Source: Deltaproteobacteria bacterium
GTDB taxonomy: Bacteria; Myxococcota_A; Polyangia; Fen-1088
Length of the DNA stretch: 64,000 nt
Assembly: GCA_033763315.1 (NCBI GenBank)
Contig: JANRKS010000024.1
Location: 32,001 to 96,000 of the forward strand
Direction of reading: 5' to 3'
Shown here in pieces: positions 1-10,630 of this stretch. The first letter of the stretch is position 1; every line of letters begins with the position of its first letter. The notes under the pieces are model-generated. The model did not search any database and was not told where the DNA came from. It saw nothing but the letters and a program-made list of their open reading frames with translations. The position numbers and the translations under genes are program-made.

Positions 1-999
1 CATGCGGTCAAGACGGGGGCGGTCGTTCAGTAAAGCCGAGATAGTTTCGGCCAGTTGGACCGGCGACGTCTCGCCCTGTGGCAGAACAAGGGCCGCGCCG
101 GCGTCGGCAAACGCGCGCGCGTTCTTGGTTTGATGATCGTCAGCGGCCGTGGGCAACGGAATCAAAATGGCTGGGCGGCCCACGATGGCCAGCTCGGCGA
201 GGGTCAGCGCACCCGCGCGGCCAATGACGAGATCGGCACCCGCATAGGCGGCAACCATGTCATCGATGAAGGCTTTGACTTGCACGCGGTCGCCAAGACC
301 GGCCGCACCATAGGCCTCAGTCAATCGCTCGGCGTCGGTTTTGCCAGCTTGATGCACCAACGCCACCGCTTGTTGCTGATGCGCCAAGTGCTGCATCGCC
401 CCCAACATCAACTCGTTCACAGCCTTGGCGCCTTGGCTGCCACCCACCACCAACAAGCGACCACGTTCCGCCTGCGGCTGCGTCTGTGCCGCATGCTCAA
501 CGAAGGCCTGGCGCACGGGATTGCCCGTCACAAGGCATTTGCCAGCACCAAAGGCGCCCTCAGCCTCGCGAAAACCCAGGAACACACGCTTGGCAAACCG
601 GCCCAACGTCTTATTCGTAAATCCGGCGGCGCTGTTCTGCTCCTGCAACGCCGTAGGTATCCGCGACAAGGCCGCCGCAAGCACCAATGGCCCCGATGCG
701 TAGCCGCCTACGCCCAACACACAGTCAGGTTTAAAACGGCGCAAGATGCGCACCGATTGCCAAAACGCGAGTGGCAGGCGCATGAGAGCGCGTGCGCTGC
801 CCACGAGACCCATGCGTTTAAGGCCGCTCACTTTCAACAACTCCAAAGGGTATCCGGCGGCGGGCACCGCGCGGGCTTCGATGCCGCGCTCGGTTCCCAC
901 GAATAACACCTCACCCCCGCGCCGCTTCACTTCGTCGGCCACGGCCAGGCCCGGGTAAAGGTGGCCGCCGGTGCCACCGCCCGCCACGATTAGTTTCAC
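1..999 (-). CDS. murG: MurG, undecaprenyl-PP-MurNAc-pentapeptide GlcNAc transferase (3' end runs off the window)
   Basis: Not in the ORF track. Read manually: GTG at 999 gives MKLIVAGGGTGGHLYPG, the MurG N-terminal motif. GTGA overlap with the ftsW stop; expected dcw position. Confidence 0.95.
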   Translation of the reverse strand, partial: MKLIVAGGGTGGHLYPGLAVADEVKRRGGEVLFVGTERGIEARAVPAAGYPLELLKVSGLKRMGLVGSARALMRLPLAFWQSVRILRRFKPDCVLGVGGYASGPLVLAAALSRIPTALQEQNSAAGFTNKTLGRFAKRVFLGFREAEGAFGAGKCLVTGNPVRQAFVEHAAQTQPQAERGRLLVVGGSQGAKAVNELMLGAMQHLAHQQQAVALVHQAGKTDAERLTEAYGAAGLGDRVQVKAFIDDMVAAYAGADLVIGRAGALTLAELAIVGRPAILIPLPTAADDHQTKNARAFADAGAALVLPQGETSPVQLAETISALLNDRPRLDRM

Positions 1000-2363
1000 G
1001 CCATATCCTCAACCGTCGCCGCGGGCACACGCCGCCGCCGCGCCTTGCCCGTTTCAACCACAACTTTGACGGCCTTATCGGAACGCTTGTTGCCCGCGCC
1101 TCGGCCCCAAGGCCACAACGCCAACGTCCAGCCCGCCAACACCGATTCACCTCTGCGCGGCTCAGGGTTGCGTGCCGATACGTTGCCCAGCACGCCCGCG
1201 GCAAACATGCTGACGATCATCGAGGAGCCACCGTAACTGACAAACGGCAACGTCAGGCCTTTGGTGGGCACGAGGCCCATCACCACCGCCATGTTGATCA
1301 GCGCCTGCATACCAAACACAGACGTGAGGCCAAACGCCAGATAGGCGCCAAACGCGTCGCGGGCACGGCACGCGGCAACGAAGCCCCGCCAGATGAGCAC
1401 GCCAAACAACAACAGCACCAACAGCACACCGAGAAAGCCAAGCTCTTCGCCGACCACCGCCAAGATGAAATCGGTGTGGGCTTCGGGCAAAAAGAACAGC
1501 TTTTGCCGGCCCTCCCCCAAGCCTTGCCCAAACAGACCGCCCGAGCCGATGCTGATCTGCGATTCCACCACCTGATAGCCGGCGCCGCGGCGGTGGGCCC
1601 ACGGATCCAAAAACGCCAACATGCGACGCATGCGCCAGGGCGTACCCACGATCAACTTATAGACGACCGGCGCCGCCATGAGCATCGATAAGATGATGTA
1701 GCTTGTGCGCGTGCCGGCCACGAACAGCATGGCCAACGCCACGAAACCGAAGATGGCGGCCGTGCCCAGGTCAGGTTGCTTGAGCAGCAACGCCATCAAG
1801 ATTGCGGTGACAATCAACGGCGGCAGAAAGCCCACCCATAGTTGTTTGACCTTCTCGGCTTTGCGGGCCAACAGCGCCGCCAAGTACACCACCAGCGCGA
1901 ATTTTGCGACCTCGGAGGGTTGAAACGAAAGTGGCCCCAACCGAAACCAACGAATGGCGCCACCCGCCCGCGAACCAATGATCAACACAGCAACCAACAA
2001 CGCCACCGAGCCAAAGAGCATCGGGTAAGTCAAACGCCGGTAAAGCACGTAATCGGTGCGCAACGCGATCGCAAACGCCGCCACGCCCAACCCGGCGTAC
2101 ATCACCTCGCGCTTAAGAAAGAACGTCCAATCGCCATAGCGTTTCGCGGCGAACATCGCGCCCGCGGAAAACACCATCACCACACCCACCGCGCACAAGC
2201 ACAGGACGGCGCCGCACAAGATCCGATCGGGCCCTCGCGACGGCCCGCCGCCGCGCACCCATTGCGTCCAGGGCGCGTTCATCTTCTGCGGCCCCAGCCA
2301 CGCAAGCCAACGAGGCCGCGGCTTGGCCACACTCACAGGCCCAGAGCCTACAGCCGCCCGCAT
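996..2363 (-). CDS. ftsW: SEDS peptidoglycan polymerase FtsW
   Basis: Polytopic, with GAIRWF, FQPSEVAK, QPDLGT, LPEAHTDFI and LPFVSYGGSS motifs; lies between murD and murG. Start may be slightly downstream. Confidence 0.95.
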   Translation of the reverse strand: MRAAVGSGPVSVAKPRPRWLAWLGPQKMNAPWTQWVRGGGPSRGPDRILCGAVLCLCAVGVVMVFSAGAMFAAKRYGDWTFFLKREVMYAGLGVAAFAIALRTDYVLYRRLTYPMLFGSVALLVAVLIIGSRAGGAIRWFRLGPLSFQPSEVAKFALVVYLAALLARKAEKVKQLWVGFLPPLIVTAILMALLLKQPDLGTAAIFGFVALAMLFVAGTRTSYIILSMLMAAPVVYKLIVGTPWRMRRMLAFLDPWAHRRGAGYQVVESQISIGSGGLFGQGLGEGRQKLFFLPEAHTDFILAVVGEELGFLGVLLVLLLFGVLIWRGFVAACRARDAFGAYLAFGLTSVFGMQALINMAVVMGLVPTKGLTLPFVSYGGSSMIVSMFAAGVLGNVSARNPEPRRGESVLAGWTLALWPWGRGAGNKRSDKAVKVVVETGKARRRRVPAATVEDMA

Positions 2364-2397
2364 CCAACGGCTCCTTGCATGAACGACGCGTTTTCCA

Positions 2398-3816
2398 TCA
2401 AGCGCCCCCAGGACGAATCAGATGTGGCTCGCTGCCTAACTCCTCGGCCTCTTTTTCGAGTGTGCGCGTGGCTTCGGCAAACACTTCGCCGCGGTGGTTG
2501 TAGTCGCGGAACATATCGAAGCTTGAACACGCAGGCGACAGCACCACCGCGTCTCCCGCTTGCGCCAGATTTGCCGCCATTCGAACGGCCTCTTCCATCG
2601 AGCTTGCACGTTTGACGGGCACAACATCAGCGAACGCCGCTTCAATTTGATCCGCAGCTTCGCCGATCAAAACCGCGCCACGGCCCACCTTCGACATGGT
2701 CTCGGCCAGCAGTGAATAACTTCCGCCCTTGTGGCGGCCACCCGCGATCAAAACCACCGGACGTGGAAATCCCGTGAGGGCGGCTACGGCAGAGCCCACG
2801 TTCGTGCCCTTCGAATCGTCGAAGAACTGCACGCCGTGCACTTTGGCCACCAACTCCATGCGGTGAGGTAGCGGTCGAAAGCCCACCAACCCACGATGCA
2901 CTTCGGCGGGCAACGCCCCCGCCAAGCGCGCGGCCAACAAAGCAGCGAGTGCGTTTTCCTGGTTGTGACGCCCCACAAGACGCGGCGTTTCTGCAGGATA
3001 ACGCTCGATCTCGCCTCCGGGCACACGAATGCACAAGTTGTCGCCCTGCAGCCAGCCGCCCTCGGTCAACGCTTGCCGGGTGCTAAAAGCGATCCAATGC
3101 GCGCGGGCCTTGCGTGCCACTTGCGCGACCAAGGGATCGTCCAGGTTCATTACCGCAAAATCGCTTTCACGTTGCGCCGCAAATAGCTTGGCCTTGGCCT
3201 CCACGTAACTATCGACGCTGCGGTGGCGATCCAAATGGTCGGGGCTGATGTTTAACAGCACGGCCACTTGAGGCCGAAAGTGCTCGAACGTCTCGGCTTG
3301 AAACGACGAGACCTCAATAACGCACAAACCGCCAAGTGAAGTGGCCGGGCTACCCACGGCTTCGCTCAACGGCGTGCCCAGATTGCCACCCACAAACGTG
3401 GGCCGGCCCGTGCCCTTGCACATCACGCCACACAACGTGGTGGTGGTTGATTTGCCGTTGGTGCCCGTGATGCCAATGATCGTGCCTTCGGTGAACCGAG
3501 AGGCCAATTCAAGCTCACCGGTGATCTTCACGCCGGCCGCCTGGGCAGCCAAAAGCTCTGGCCCGTGAGGAACACCGGGTGAAAGCACGATGAGTTCAGC
3601 CGATAAGAACGTCTGCGCGTTGTGGCCGCCCAGCTCCTGCTGCACCCCGGGCGGCAGCCCCGCCACTTGTGTGGCCAGGTCCGCGGCAGGCTTTTTGTCT
3701 GTCACGGTGACAAGCGCGCCCTTGGCGGCGCACAACTTCGCCACCGCTTGGCCCGAACGGCCAAGGCCCACAACAAGCACACGTTTACCTTGCAGGTCAG
3801 GAGCGGATATCGCCAT
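2398..3816 (-). CDS. murD: UDP-MurNAc-L-Ala:D-Glu ligase MurD
   Basis: GLGRSG, ITGTNGKSTTT, EVSSFQ, PDHLDRH, DDSKGTN, LSPACSSFDMF motifs. Confidence 0.97.
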   Translation of the reverse strand: MAISAPDLQGKRVLVVGLGRSGQAVAKLCAAKGALVTVTDKKPAADLATQVAGLPPGVQQELGGHNAQTFLSAELIVLSPGVPHGPELLAAQAAGVKITGELELASRFTEGTIIGITGTNGKSTTTTLCGVMCKGTGRPTFVGGNLGTPLSEAVGSPATSLGGLCVIEVSSFQAETFEHFRPQVAVLLNISPDHLDRHRSVDSYVEAKAKLFAAQRESDFAVMNLDDPLVAQVARKARAHWIAFSTRQALTEGGWLQGDNLCIRVPGGEIERYPAETPRLVGRHNQENALAALLAARLAGALPAEVHRGLVGFRPLPHRMELVAKVHGVQFFDDSKGTNVGSAVAALTGFPRPVVLIAGGRHKGGSYSLLAETMSKVGRGAVLIGEAADQIEAAFADVVPVKRASSMEEAVRMAANLAQAGDAVVLSPACSSFDMFRDYNHRGEVFAEATRTLEKEAEELGSEPHLIRPGGA

Positions 3817-3971
3817 CGTGCGGAGAACCTACTACTTACGGTTGACGTTGCTACAGGTACGGCAACAGATCCAGAAACCCAACACAAGGACGATTCAAGC
3901 GGCCGTGAAAGGTTCCCGGTAGACCTCGTCCACAGCGATTTTGCAGCGTAGGTGGCGCCCAGGCGCCCCCC

Positions 3972-5084
3972 TCAGCGCGCCTTCAACGTGACCACGAGGC
4001 CCAACGTCGCGCAGATGAACGAGACAATCCAAAACCGCACAACAATGCGCGATTCAGGCCACCCCAGCTTCTCGAAATGATGGTGAATGGGGGCCATGAG
4101 AAACACCCGCTTCTTCGTGCGCTTGTAGTAACCGACCTGAATGATGTCGCTGACGGCCTCGGCCACGAACACGCCGCCGATGACGGGCAGCGACATCTCA
4201 GTCTTGGTGGCCAGGGCCACGAAACCGAGCGCGCCACCCAACGCTAAGGCACCCACGTCGCCCATGAAGACCATCGCGGGGTGGGTGTTGTACCAAAGAA
4301 AGCCGATGCCCGCGCCACCAATGGCGCCGCAGAAAATGGCCAACTCGCCACCGCCCTTCACGTGAGCCAAGCCTAGGTAGCTCGCGATGTTGAAATCGCG
4401 CAACACCGTGCCGGCGGCATACGCCAAGAACATAAACGTGAACGAACAAATGATCACGGGGCCAATGGCCAAGCCGTCCAAGCCATCGGTGAGGTTCACG
4501 GCGTTCGACGTCCCCACCACCACCAGCAGGCCAAACAACAGATACACAACAAAGGGCAGCTGCGGCGAGAAGCGCTCGATGCTGACCAGCGGCAACACCA
4601 GATGCAGCCGCACACTGGGATCAAGAGCGTCGGATAGCAGCAGCCACGAAACCGCAATGCCGCCGATGATCACTTGGAAGAAGATTTTGACCCGCCCCGG
4701 CACACCCTTCTTATTTTTCTGCGTAATCTTGACGTAATCGTCGACGAAGCCAAGCGCGCCGTAGCCTACAGTCACAAAAAGCGCCAGCCACACCAAGGTG
4801 CTCGACAAATCGCACCAAAGCAGGGTGCCGAACGCCAGCGCCAAGATGATCACCGAGCCACCCATCGTGGGCGTGCCCTTCTTACTGGCGTGTGAGGCGG
4901 GGCCATCGGTGCGAATCACTTCGCCGATCTGGCGTTCGCGCGCTTTCTTGATGAACCACGGGGCCACGAAGAACGTCATCACCAGCGACGTCAACGTAGC
5001 CAAACCCACGCGGGTCGACACGTATCGGAACACGTTCAGAAAGCGAAAGTCTTCGCGCAGCAGTTGGAACAGATGAAACAGCAT
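3972..5084 (-). CDS. mraY: Phospho-MurNAc-pentapeptide transferase MraY
   Basis: KKGTPTMGG, DDYVK, NAVNLTDGLDGL, FMGDVG, MAPIHHHFE. Start moved to ATG 5084 (MLFHLF) to avoid overlap with murF. Confidence 0.97.
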   Translation of the reverse strand: MLFHLFQLLREDFRFLNVFRYVSTRVGLATLTSLVMTFFVAPWFIKKARERQIGEVIRTDGPASHASKKGTPTMGGSVIILALAFGTLLWCDLSSTLVWLALFVTVGYGALGFVDDYVKITQKNKKGVPGRVKIFFQVIIGGIAVSWLLLSDALDPSVRLHLVLPLVSIERFSPQLPFVVYLLFGLLVVVGTSNAVNLTDGLDGLAIGPVIICSFTFMFLAYAAGTVLRDFNIASYLGLAHVKGGGELAIFCGAIGGAGIGFLWYNTHPAMVFMGDVGALALGGALGFVALATKTEMSLPVIGGVFVAEAVSDIIQVGYYKRTKKRVFLMAPIHHHFEKLGWPESRIVVRFWIVSFICATLGLVVTLKAR

Positions 5085-5125
5085 AGATAACGTCTTGTAG
5101 CGGGCGCCCACGGCAGGCGCCGCTT

Positions 5126-6574
5126 TTAGCTTTCTGGTTGATCTTCCTTGGACTCTTCCGCCCAAATCGTTTGTAAAGCGGCAACGACGCGCTCAAGACG
5201 TGCCCCGCGCGACCCCTTCACCAAGATCCAGTCGCCGCCGCGCGACCATTGCGCCACCTGTCGTGCGGCTTCCGCCGGATCGGCCGCTTCGACAACGAAG
5301 TCCGCCGCCAGGCCTTGCGCCCGCGCGCCACGCGCAATGTGGCGGCCTAGATCGCCCACGCCCACCACGCCCGCAACACCAGCCTGGACAGCGTCGCGAC
5401 CCACTTGTTCATGCATGGCCGTTTCGTCGTCGCCCAATTCCAGCATGTCGCCCAAAACCGCAAACGCGCGTCCCGTGCCGCGCGCGCCGGCCACGGCGGC
5501 GGCCACACCAGCCTTCATCGACGAAGGGTTGGCGTTGTAGCAGTCATCCAAGACCACGCGATCACCCAGCGCCAAAGGCCGCGATCGGTGCGGCGGCAAC
5601 TGCACACGTTCAAGCCCTGCCGCGGCGTCTTTGGCCGCGATGCCCAGGTTCGATGCCACAGTCAAAGCGATGCAACCGTTGACCGCGTTGTGCAAGCCCG
5701 ACAGTGGCAGGTTCACAAGCACAGGCTCATCACCCACCGCGTAGCGCACGACCGATCCCGCCGCGCCGGCTGGAACACAGTCAAGGATCGAAACGGCCAA
5801 GCCCGGCCCATCGCCCACGCGGGTGCCGAATCGCTTCACGCGCGCCTTCGGCAGATACTGCACGCTTGGCGCCAAGAGTGGCTCGCCATCCGGCACCAGC
5901 GCCACACCGTCGTCCACAAGGCCTTCGAAGATTTCGCCTTTGGCTTCCGCGATCGCTTGGAGCGAGCCCAGCCGCCCCAAGTGTGCCGCGCCGATGTTGG
6001 TGACAACGGCAACGTGTGGCTGCGCCAGGTGGGTAAGATAAGAGATCTCACCCCGCCCGCGCATCGCCATCTCCAACACCCAAAAGCGTTCGTTGCCTGT
6101 GGCCCCCAGCAAGGTGAGCGGCAAGCCAACATCCGTGTTGAAGTTTCCTGGCGTCTTGAGAACCTCGCCAGCCGACGACAGCGCCGCTGCGATGAGTTCC
6201 TTCGTTGTGGTTTTGCCATTCGACCCGGTTACCGCCACCACACGGCCTGTAAACTCAGCACGCAGCGTTTCCGCCATGCGCCCAAGCGCTGTGAGCGGAT
6301 CATCCACTGCCAACACGGGCACACCCGTCGCCCCTTTCGGAACGCCACGCCCCGCAGACACCACCAACACAGCGGCACCCGCCGCGGCCGCTTGTGCGCA
6401 AAAGTCAAAGCCATCCACGCGCTCGCCCTTGAGCGCGATGAACGCGGTGTTCGAGGCCACGTTTCTGCTATCCGTGGTGGCGCCGATGAACGTCGCTTGC
6501 GCTGCCGGAGGAACCAGCCACTGGCCTGCCGCGGCTTGCGCCAGCCACTGCAACGAGCGCGTGGCGGCCGTCAA
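5126..6574 (-). CDS. murF: UDP-MurNAc-tripeptide:D-Ala-D-Ala ligase MurF
   Basis: VTGSNGKTTTKE, GNFNTDVGLP, DDCYNANPSSM, LGDMLELG, VKGSRG. TTGA overlap with murE. Confidence 0.96.
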   Translation of the reverse strand: MTAATRSLQWLAQAAAGQWLVPPAAQATFIGATTDSRNVASNTAFIALKGERVDGFDFCAQAAAAGAAVLVVSAGRGVPKGATGVPVLAVDDPLTALGRMAETLRAEFTGRVVAVTGSNGKTTTKELIAAALSSAGEVLKTPGNFNTDVGLPLTLLGATGNERFWVLEMAMRGRGEISYLTHLAQPHVAVVTNIGAAHLGRLGSLQAIAEAKGEIFEGLVDDGVALVPDGEPLLAPSVQYLPKARVKRFGTRVGDGPGLAVSILDCVPAGAAGSVVRYAVGDEPVLVNLPLSGLHNAVNGCIALTVASNLGIAAKDAAAGLERVQLPPHRSRPLALGDRVVLDDCYNANPSSMKAGVAAAVAGARGTGRAFAVLGDMLELGDDETAMHEQVGRDAVQAGVAGVVGVGDLGRHIARGARAQGLAADFVVEAADPAEAARQVAQWSRGGDWILVKGSRGARLERVVAALQTIWAEESKEDQPES

Positions 6575-8124
6575 CGCGCACCTGCCGAAGCAAACGCCGC
6601 CGCCGCCTCTTCGCGATCGTCAAAGTGATGTTTGACCGTACCGATGATTTGATAATCCTCGTGACCTTTACCAGCAATCAACAGGACGTCACCCGGTGCG
6701 GCCACGCCCACAGCCAAAGCGATGGCGGCGCGGCGATCGGCTTGCACACAGAAACCGCCTTGCGCAACGTCGGCGCCCAGGCGCTCGGGCAAGCGACCCT
6801 GCTGCATGCCCATCTTTACCATGTCTAGGATGCGCACGGGATCTTCCGTCCGCGGATTATCGGACGTCAATATCGCCACGTCGGCCAACGCCGCCACAGC
6901 CGCGCCCATCAACGGACGCTTCGTGGGATCACGATCGCCGCCGCAGCCAAACACAACGATCAACCGGCCACGCGTGAGCGGTCGCAACGCGCCCATGGCT
7001 CGCTCCAAAGCGTCAGGGGTGTGCGCGTAATCAACCACGCACAACACACCCGCTTGGTTTGGCACAGGCTCAAGCCGTCCCGGAACGCCAGGCAGATTTT
7101 GCACACCCTGCGCCAGCGCATCCAACGGCAAGCCATGCGCGTAGGCCATGCCCACCGCCAAGGTGACGTTGGCTAAGTTGTAATCGCCCACCAGTTTTGA
7201 GTGCACATCAAATGTGCCCTTCGGGGTGTGAAACGTGGCGACCATGCCTTGGCCATCCAAGCGCCGGTTAGACACCCAGATATCGGCCGCACCCGCGTGC
7301 TCTTGCGCCACCGAGAGCTTGAGCACTTGGCCACTTAGGCGCGCCGCCATTTGCCGCCCGTCGTCGCGATCGATGAACAGCACGCCCACGCCATTGGGAG
7401 TCAGATAATCCACAAACAGGCGCGCCTTCGCATCGAAGTAAGCGTGCATCGTGCCGTGGTAATCCAAGTGATCTTGCGTGACGTTCGTCAGCGCGGCCAC
7501 GTCGAACAAACATCCTGCCAGACGATCCTGTGCCAACGCGTGCGACGAAGCTTCTAAGACAACATCCGTGCAGCCAGCCGCCGCCATGCGCGCGAGCCAT
7601 CCATGCAACAACGTGGAGCCTGGTGTCGTCAGTGGCGCCGGCTCGCGGTGCCCCGCATAGCGGTATTCCACCGTGCCAAACACCCCAGGCGAGCGACCAG
7701 CGGCCTGCAAAATCGATTCAACAAGATACGTGGTGGTGGTTTTGCCGTTGGTGCCCGTCACCGCCAACATGCGCAGGCGTTCCACAGCGCCATAACCGCG
7801 CGCCAACATGTGCCCCAACACCACCCTCGCATTCCTCACAACCAAAAGCGCCACACCGTGGGCGCGCGTTTCTTCGGCCAGCGCCTGTTGCTCAGCACCC
7901 CGGGCATCAGAAACGATCACCTTGGCCCCACGTGACAACGCGTGCGCCACGTAGCGCCGGCCATCGTCCTTGTTGCCTGCCAGCGCCACAAACACATCGC
8001 CTGGCTGCACCGTGCGCGAATCATCGCGGACCGCCGTCACCGTCACGTCAGGCACATCCGACGCGTAAACCAAACCGGCCACAAGCTTACGCAAGTTGAT
8101 GGGTGCAAAGGCTTCCATGATCAC
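6571..8124 (-). CDS. murE: UDP-MurNAc-dipeptide:meso-DAP ligase MurE
   Basis: TGTNGKTTT, QDHLDYH, VDYAHTPDA, GCGGDRD, DNPR (DAP-specificity motif), AGKGHE. Confidence 0.97.
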   Translation of the reverse strand: MIMEAFAPINLRKLVAGLVYASDVPDVTVTAVRDDSRTVQPGDVFVALAGNKDDGRRYVAHALSRGAKVIVSDARGAEQQALAEETRAHGVALLVVRNARVVLGHMLARGYGAVERLRMLAVTGTNGKTTTTYLVESILQAAGRSPGVFGTVEYRYAGHREPAPLTTPGSTLLHGWLARMAAAGCTDVVLEASSHALAQDRLAGCLFDVAALTNVTQDHLDYHGTMHAYFDAKARLFVDYLTPNGVGVLFIDRDDGRQMAARLSGQVLKLSVAQEHAGAADIWVSNRRLDGQGMVATFHTPKGTFDVHSKLVGDYNLANVTLAVGMAYAHGLPLDALAQGVQNLPGVPGRLEPVPNQAGVLCVVDYAHTPDALERAMGALRPLTRGRLIVVFGCGGDRDPTKRPLMGAAVAALADVAILTSDNPRTEDPVRILDMVKMGMQQGRLPERLGADVAQGGFCVQADRRAAIALAVGVAAPGDVLLIAGKGHEDYQIIGTVKHHFDDREEAAAAFASAGAR

Positions 8125-10136
8125 GTTCCTGATCGAAATGAAATACGCACGGACGTGCCACGCGGCACTTGTCGCAACGGTGTCACGCTTTGTTCGTAAG
8201 CCACACCCGAGCCCTGCGGCACCACTTCAAGGCCGAGCGATAAGGCCTCGGTCAACGACTGCGCCAAGCTCATGCCGGCAAAGTTGGGCACACTCACCAT
8301 CACGTCTTGCTCAACCTCGGGGAGTTCTCCATCCAACGGGAAAAATTCCTCCTCGCTCAACACATAGGTGTCGCTGCCGAAGCCTTCGCTGCCACCCTCC
8401 CCGTCAACCGGCGCATCCATCGCAACCAGGGGCGTGTTCTCCACCTCATCAGGGTGCGTGGGCGGAATGTTCAGATACTTCAACGCCGCTTCGGCGATGT
8501 CATGAAAGACCGGTGCCGCCACCTTACCGCCCAGGTGCGTGGGCCGCGGCTCGTCCACAAACACCGAGATCACCAAACGCGGGTTGTTCACAGGAACAAT
8601 GCCCACAAACGACGCCAGCCATTTGTCAGGATCATAACGACCGCCCGACACTTTCTGCGCGGTGCCCGTTTTGCCCGCCACACGATAACCTTGAACGGCA
8701 GCCAATTTCGCAGTGCCCTTGGGCGTGGGCACGCCCGCCATCACTTCAAGCAGCATCCGCGCCGCTTGCTCTGAAACCACACGGCGAGAGGCCGTCGGGT
8801 TGTGCAAGGGCTCAACGTGACCATCGCCATCCACCACGCGCAAGCCAAGCTGCGGCGGGTGATAAACCCCGCCCGCCGCCACAGCCGCAAACGCCGCCGT
8901 AATCTGCAGCGGCGTGGCCGTGAGCCCTTGGCCGAACGCCACGTTGGCAAAACCAATGTCACCCCAGCGGTCAACTTTACGCACCAAACCGCCGCGTTCA
9001 CCCGGCAAGCCCACACCCGAGCGTGTGCCAAAACCAAAGCCCTTGAGCGCCTCGGCCAGACGTTCTTTGCCGATGCGGCGTGCGATCTTGACCGTGCCAA
9101 TGTTGCTCGATTGTTGATACACCTCGGCCGCCGTCACCGTGCCCAGTGAGTGCGTGTCGCGAATCGTGTACTTGCCCACCTTCATGCGGCCCATCTCACA
9201 ATCAATCAACTCGTCCGACTTCAAACGCCCCGCATCGAAGGCGGCCGCGAACGTGAACGTCTTCATTGTGGAGCCTGGCTCAAACGCATCCGTGATCACG
9301 CGGTTGCGGGCGCCGCGCTCGTTGGCGCCATCGGGGTTGTTGGGATCAAACGTGGGCAGTGACGCCATTGCCAAGATCTGCCCCGTGGGCACATCCATCA
9401 TCACAGCCATCGCTGCTTTCGCGTTGTGCTCTTTGAGCGCCTTGGCCAGCGCCGTTTCGGTGACCAACGTCAGATACGCATCCAACGTCAGCACCACGTC
9501 TTGGCCGATGGATTCCGAAATATCCAATGAGCCGTCGACGAGCAATTCGCGGCCCAATGCATCCTTGACGCCTTGGAACGTGGTCTCGTGCCCGCGCAAA
9601 AAGCTCTCGTAACCAAGCTCGATGCCCTCAAGCCCGCGGCCATCTGAGCCCGCGTGGCCGATGACCGTGGCCCCCAAGGATCGCAAAGGATAAAACCGCC
9701 TCGGCTCGGCGCGAAAGTTGATGCCCGGCATTTGCAAGGCACGCACGGCCGCGGCCTCTTGCGGTGTGACCTTGCGCTTGAGCCACGCAAAATAGCGGCG
9801 TGGTTCTAAACGACGCCGCATCTCTTTGACATCCATCTGCAGCGCCGCCGCCAATTTCACGGCCGCATCCGGCACGTGCGCCAACACACGTGGGTTCCCA
9901 AACACGGATTCGACGTGCGCCGTGGCGGCCAGCTCTTTGCCATTGCGATCAAGAATGCGTCCGCGGCTCGGCGGGATCTCAATCGACTTCAAATAATTCT
10001 GATCCGCGAACTCTTTGAGCTGTTCGCTCTTCTTGACCTGCAACGTATACGCCTGGCGCGCCACCCACAGCACCATCACGCCAAACAGCACGCCACACGC
10101 CACGATGCGCGCCCGCGTCCATCGGCTCACCGTCAT
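8121..10136 (-). CDS. ftsI: Division transpeptidase PBP3/FtsI with C-terminal PASTA-like domain
   Basis: RGRILDRNG, GLEGIE, EPGSTMK (SxxK), SSN, KTGT; C-terminal VPNFAGMSL. Confidence 0.95.
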   Translation of the reverse strand: MTVSRWTRARIVACGVLFGVMVLWVARQAYTLQVKKSEQLKEFADQNYLKSIEIPPSRGRILDRNGKELAATAHVESVFGNPRVLAHVPDAAVKLAAALQMDVKEMRRRLEPRRYFAWLKRKVTPQEAAAVRALQMPGINFRAEPRRFYPLRSLGATVIGHAGSDGRGLEGIELGYESFLRGHETTFQGVKDALGRELLVDGSLDISESIGQDVVLTLDAYLTLVTETALAKALKEHNAKAAMAVMMDVPTGQILAMASLPTFDPNNPDGANERGARNRVITDAFEPGSTMKTFTFAAAFDAGRLKSDELIDCEMGRMKVGKYTIRDTHSLGTVTAAEVYQQSSNIGTVKIARRIGKERLAEALKGFGFGTRSGVGLPGERGGLVRKVDRWGDIGFANVAFGQGLTATPLQITAAFAAVAAGGVYHPPQLGLRVVDGDGHVEPLHNPTASRRVVSEQAARMLLEVMAGVPTPKGTAKLAAVQGYRVAGKTGTAQKVSGGRYDPDKWLASFVGIVPVNNPRLVISVFVDEPRPTHLGGKVAAPVFHDIAEAALKYLNIPPTHPDEVENTPLVAMDAPVDGEGGSEGFGSDTYVLSEEEFFPLDGELPEVEQDVMVSVPNFAGMSLAQSLTEALSLGLEVVPQGSGVAYEQSVTPLRQVPRGTSVRISFRSGT

Positions 10137-10630
10137 AGGTTGCCCTCCCCTGACGCGTGACCATGCGCCTCTTGCGAAGCCGCTTCGGCCTTCTCGGCTT
10201 TGTCAGCCGGGCCCGCGAGACGCGCGGCCATACGCGCGCGCAGTTCGCTGACGGGCACAATGTCAGCGGCTGAAGGCGGACCCAAGCCCAGCTTCTCACG
10301 CGCCACTTCCATGATGCGCGTGGGATCTTTGAGCACGCCCACTTCCAACACCAATTGCCGCCGTTGCTCTTCCAAGCGGGCCCGCTCTTTGCGCGCTTCA
10401 CCCAGCTTCAACGCCACCTCAAGATGCTTCAGATGCACGGCCACGTGCCCTAACGCGCCCAGCGTAAGCCCCAACAAAACCAAACACGCCACCCCCGTGC
10501 CGGGGCGACGCCGTCGCGCGTTGGCTTCGCTCACCGGGGCCCGCGCCGCCGAGATCGCCGAACGCATCGGCAGCGCCGGCGCCGGGCCTGGTGCGCTGCT
10601 TCGCGGAGGCAAGCGATGCGCCAGATTCAT
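10133..10630 (-). CDS. ftsL: Cell division protein FtsL-like
   Basis: Single TM followed by a coiled coil and P-x-RI..AREKLGL; positioned between rsmH and ftsI with ATGA overlaps. Confidence 0.8.
   Translation of the reverse strand: MNLAHRLPPRSSAPGPAPALPMRSAISAARAPVSEANARRRRPGTGVACLVLLGLTLGALGHVAVHLKHLEVALKLGEARKERARLEEQRRQLVLEVGVLKDPTRIMEVAREKLGLGPPSAADIVPVSELRARMAARLAGPADKAEKAEAASQEAHGHASGEGNL

Noticed and set aside
55-906. 283-aa plus-strand ORF, and similar long shadow ORFs (5405..6628, 8096..8902, 11860..12636, 54344..55330)
   Set aside because: Antisense to clearly recognisable genes (murG, murF, ftsI, Fic, kinase); expected from high-GC codon bias; no motifs.
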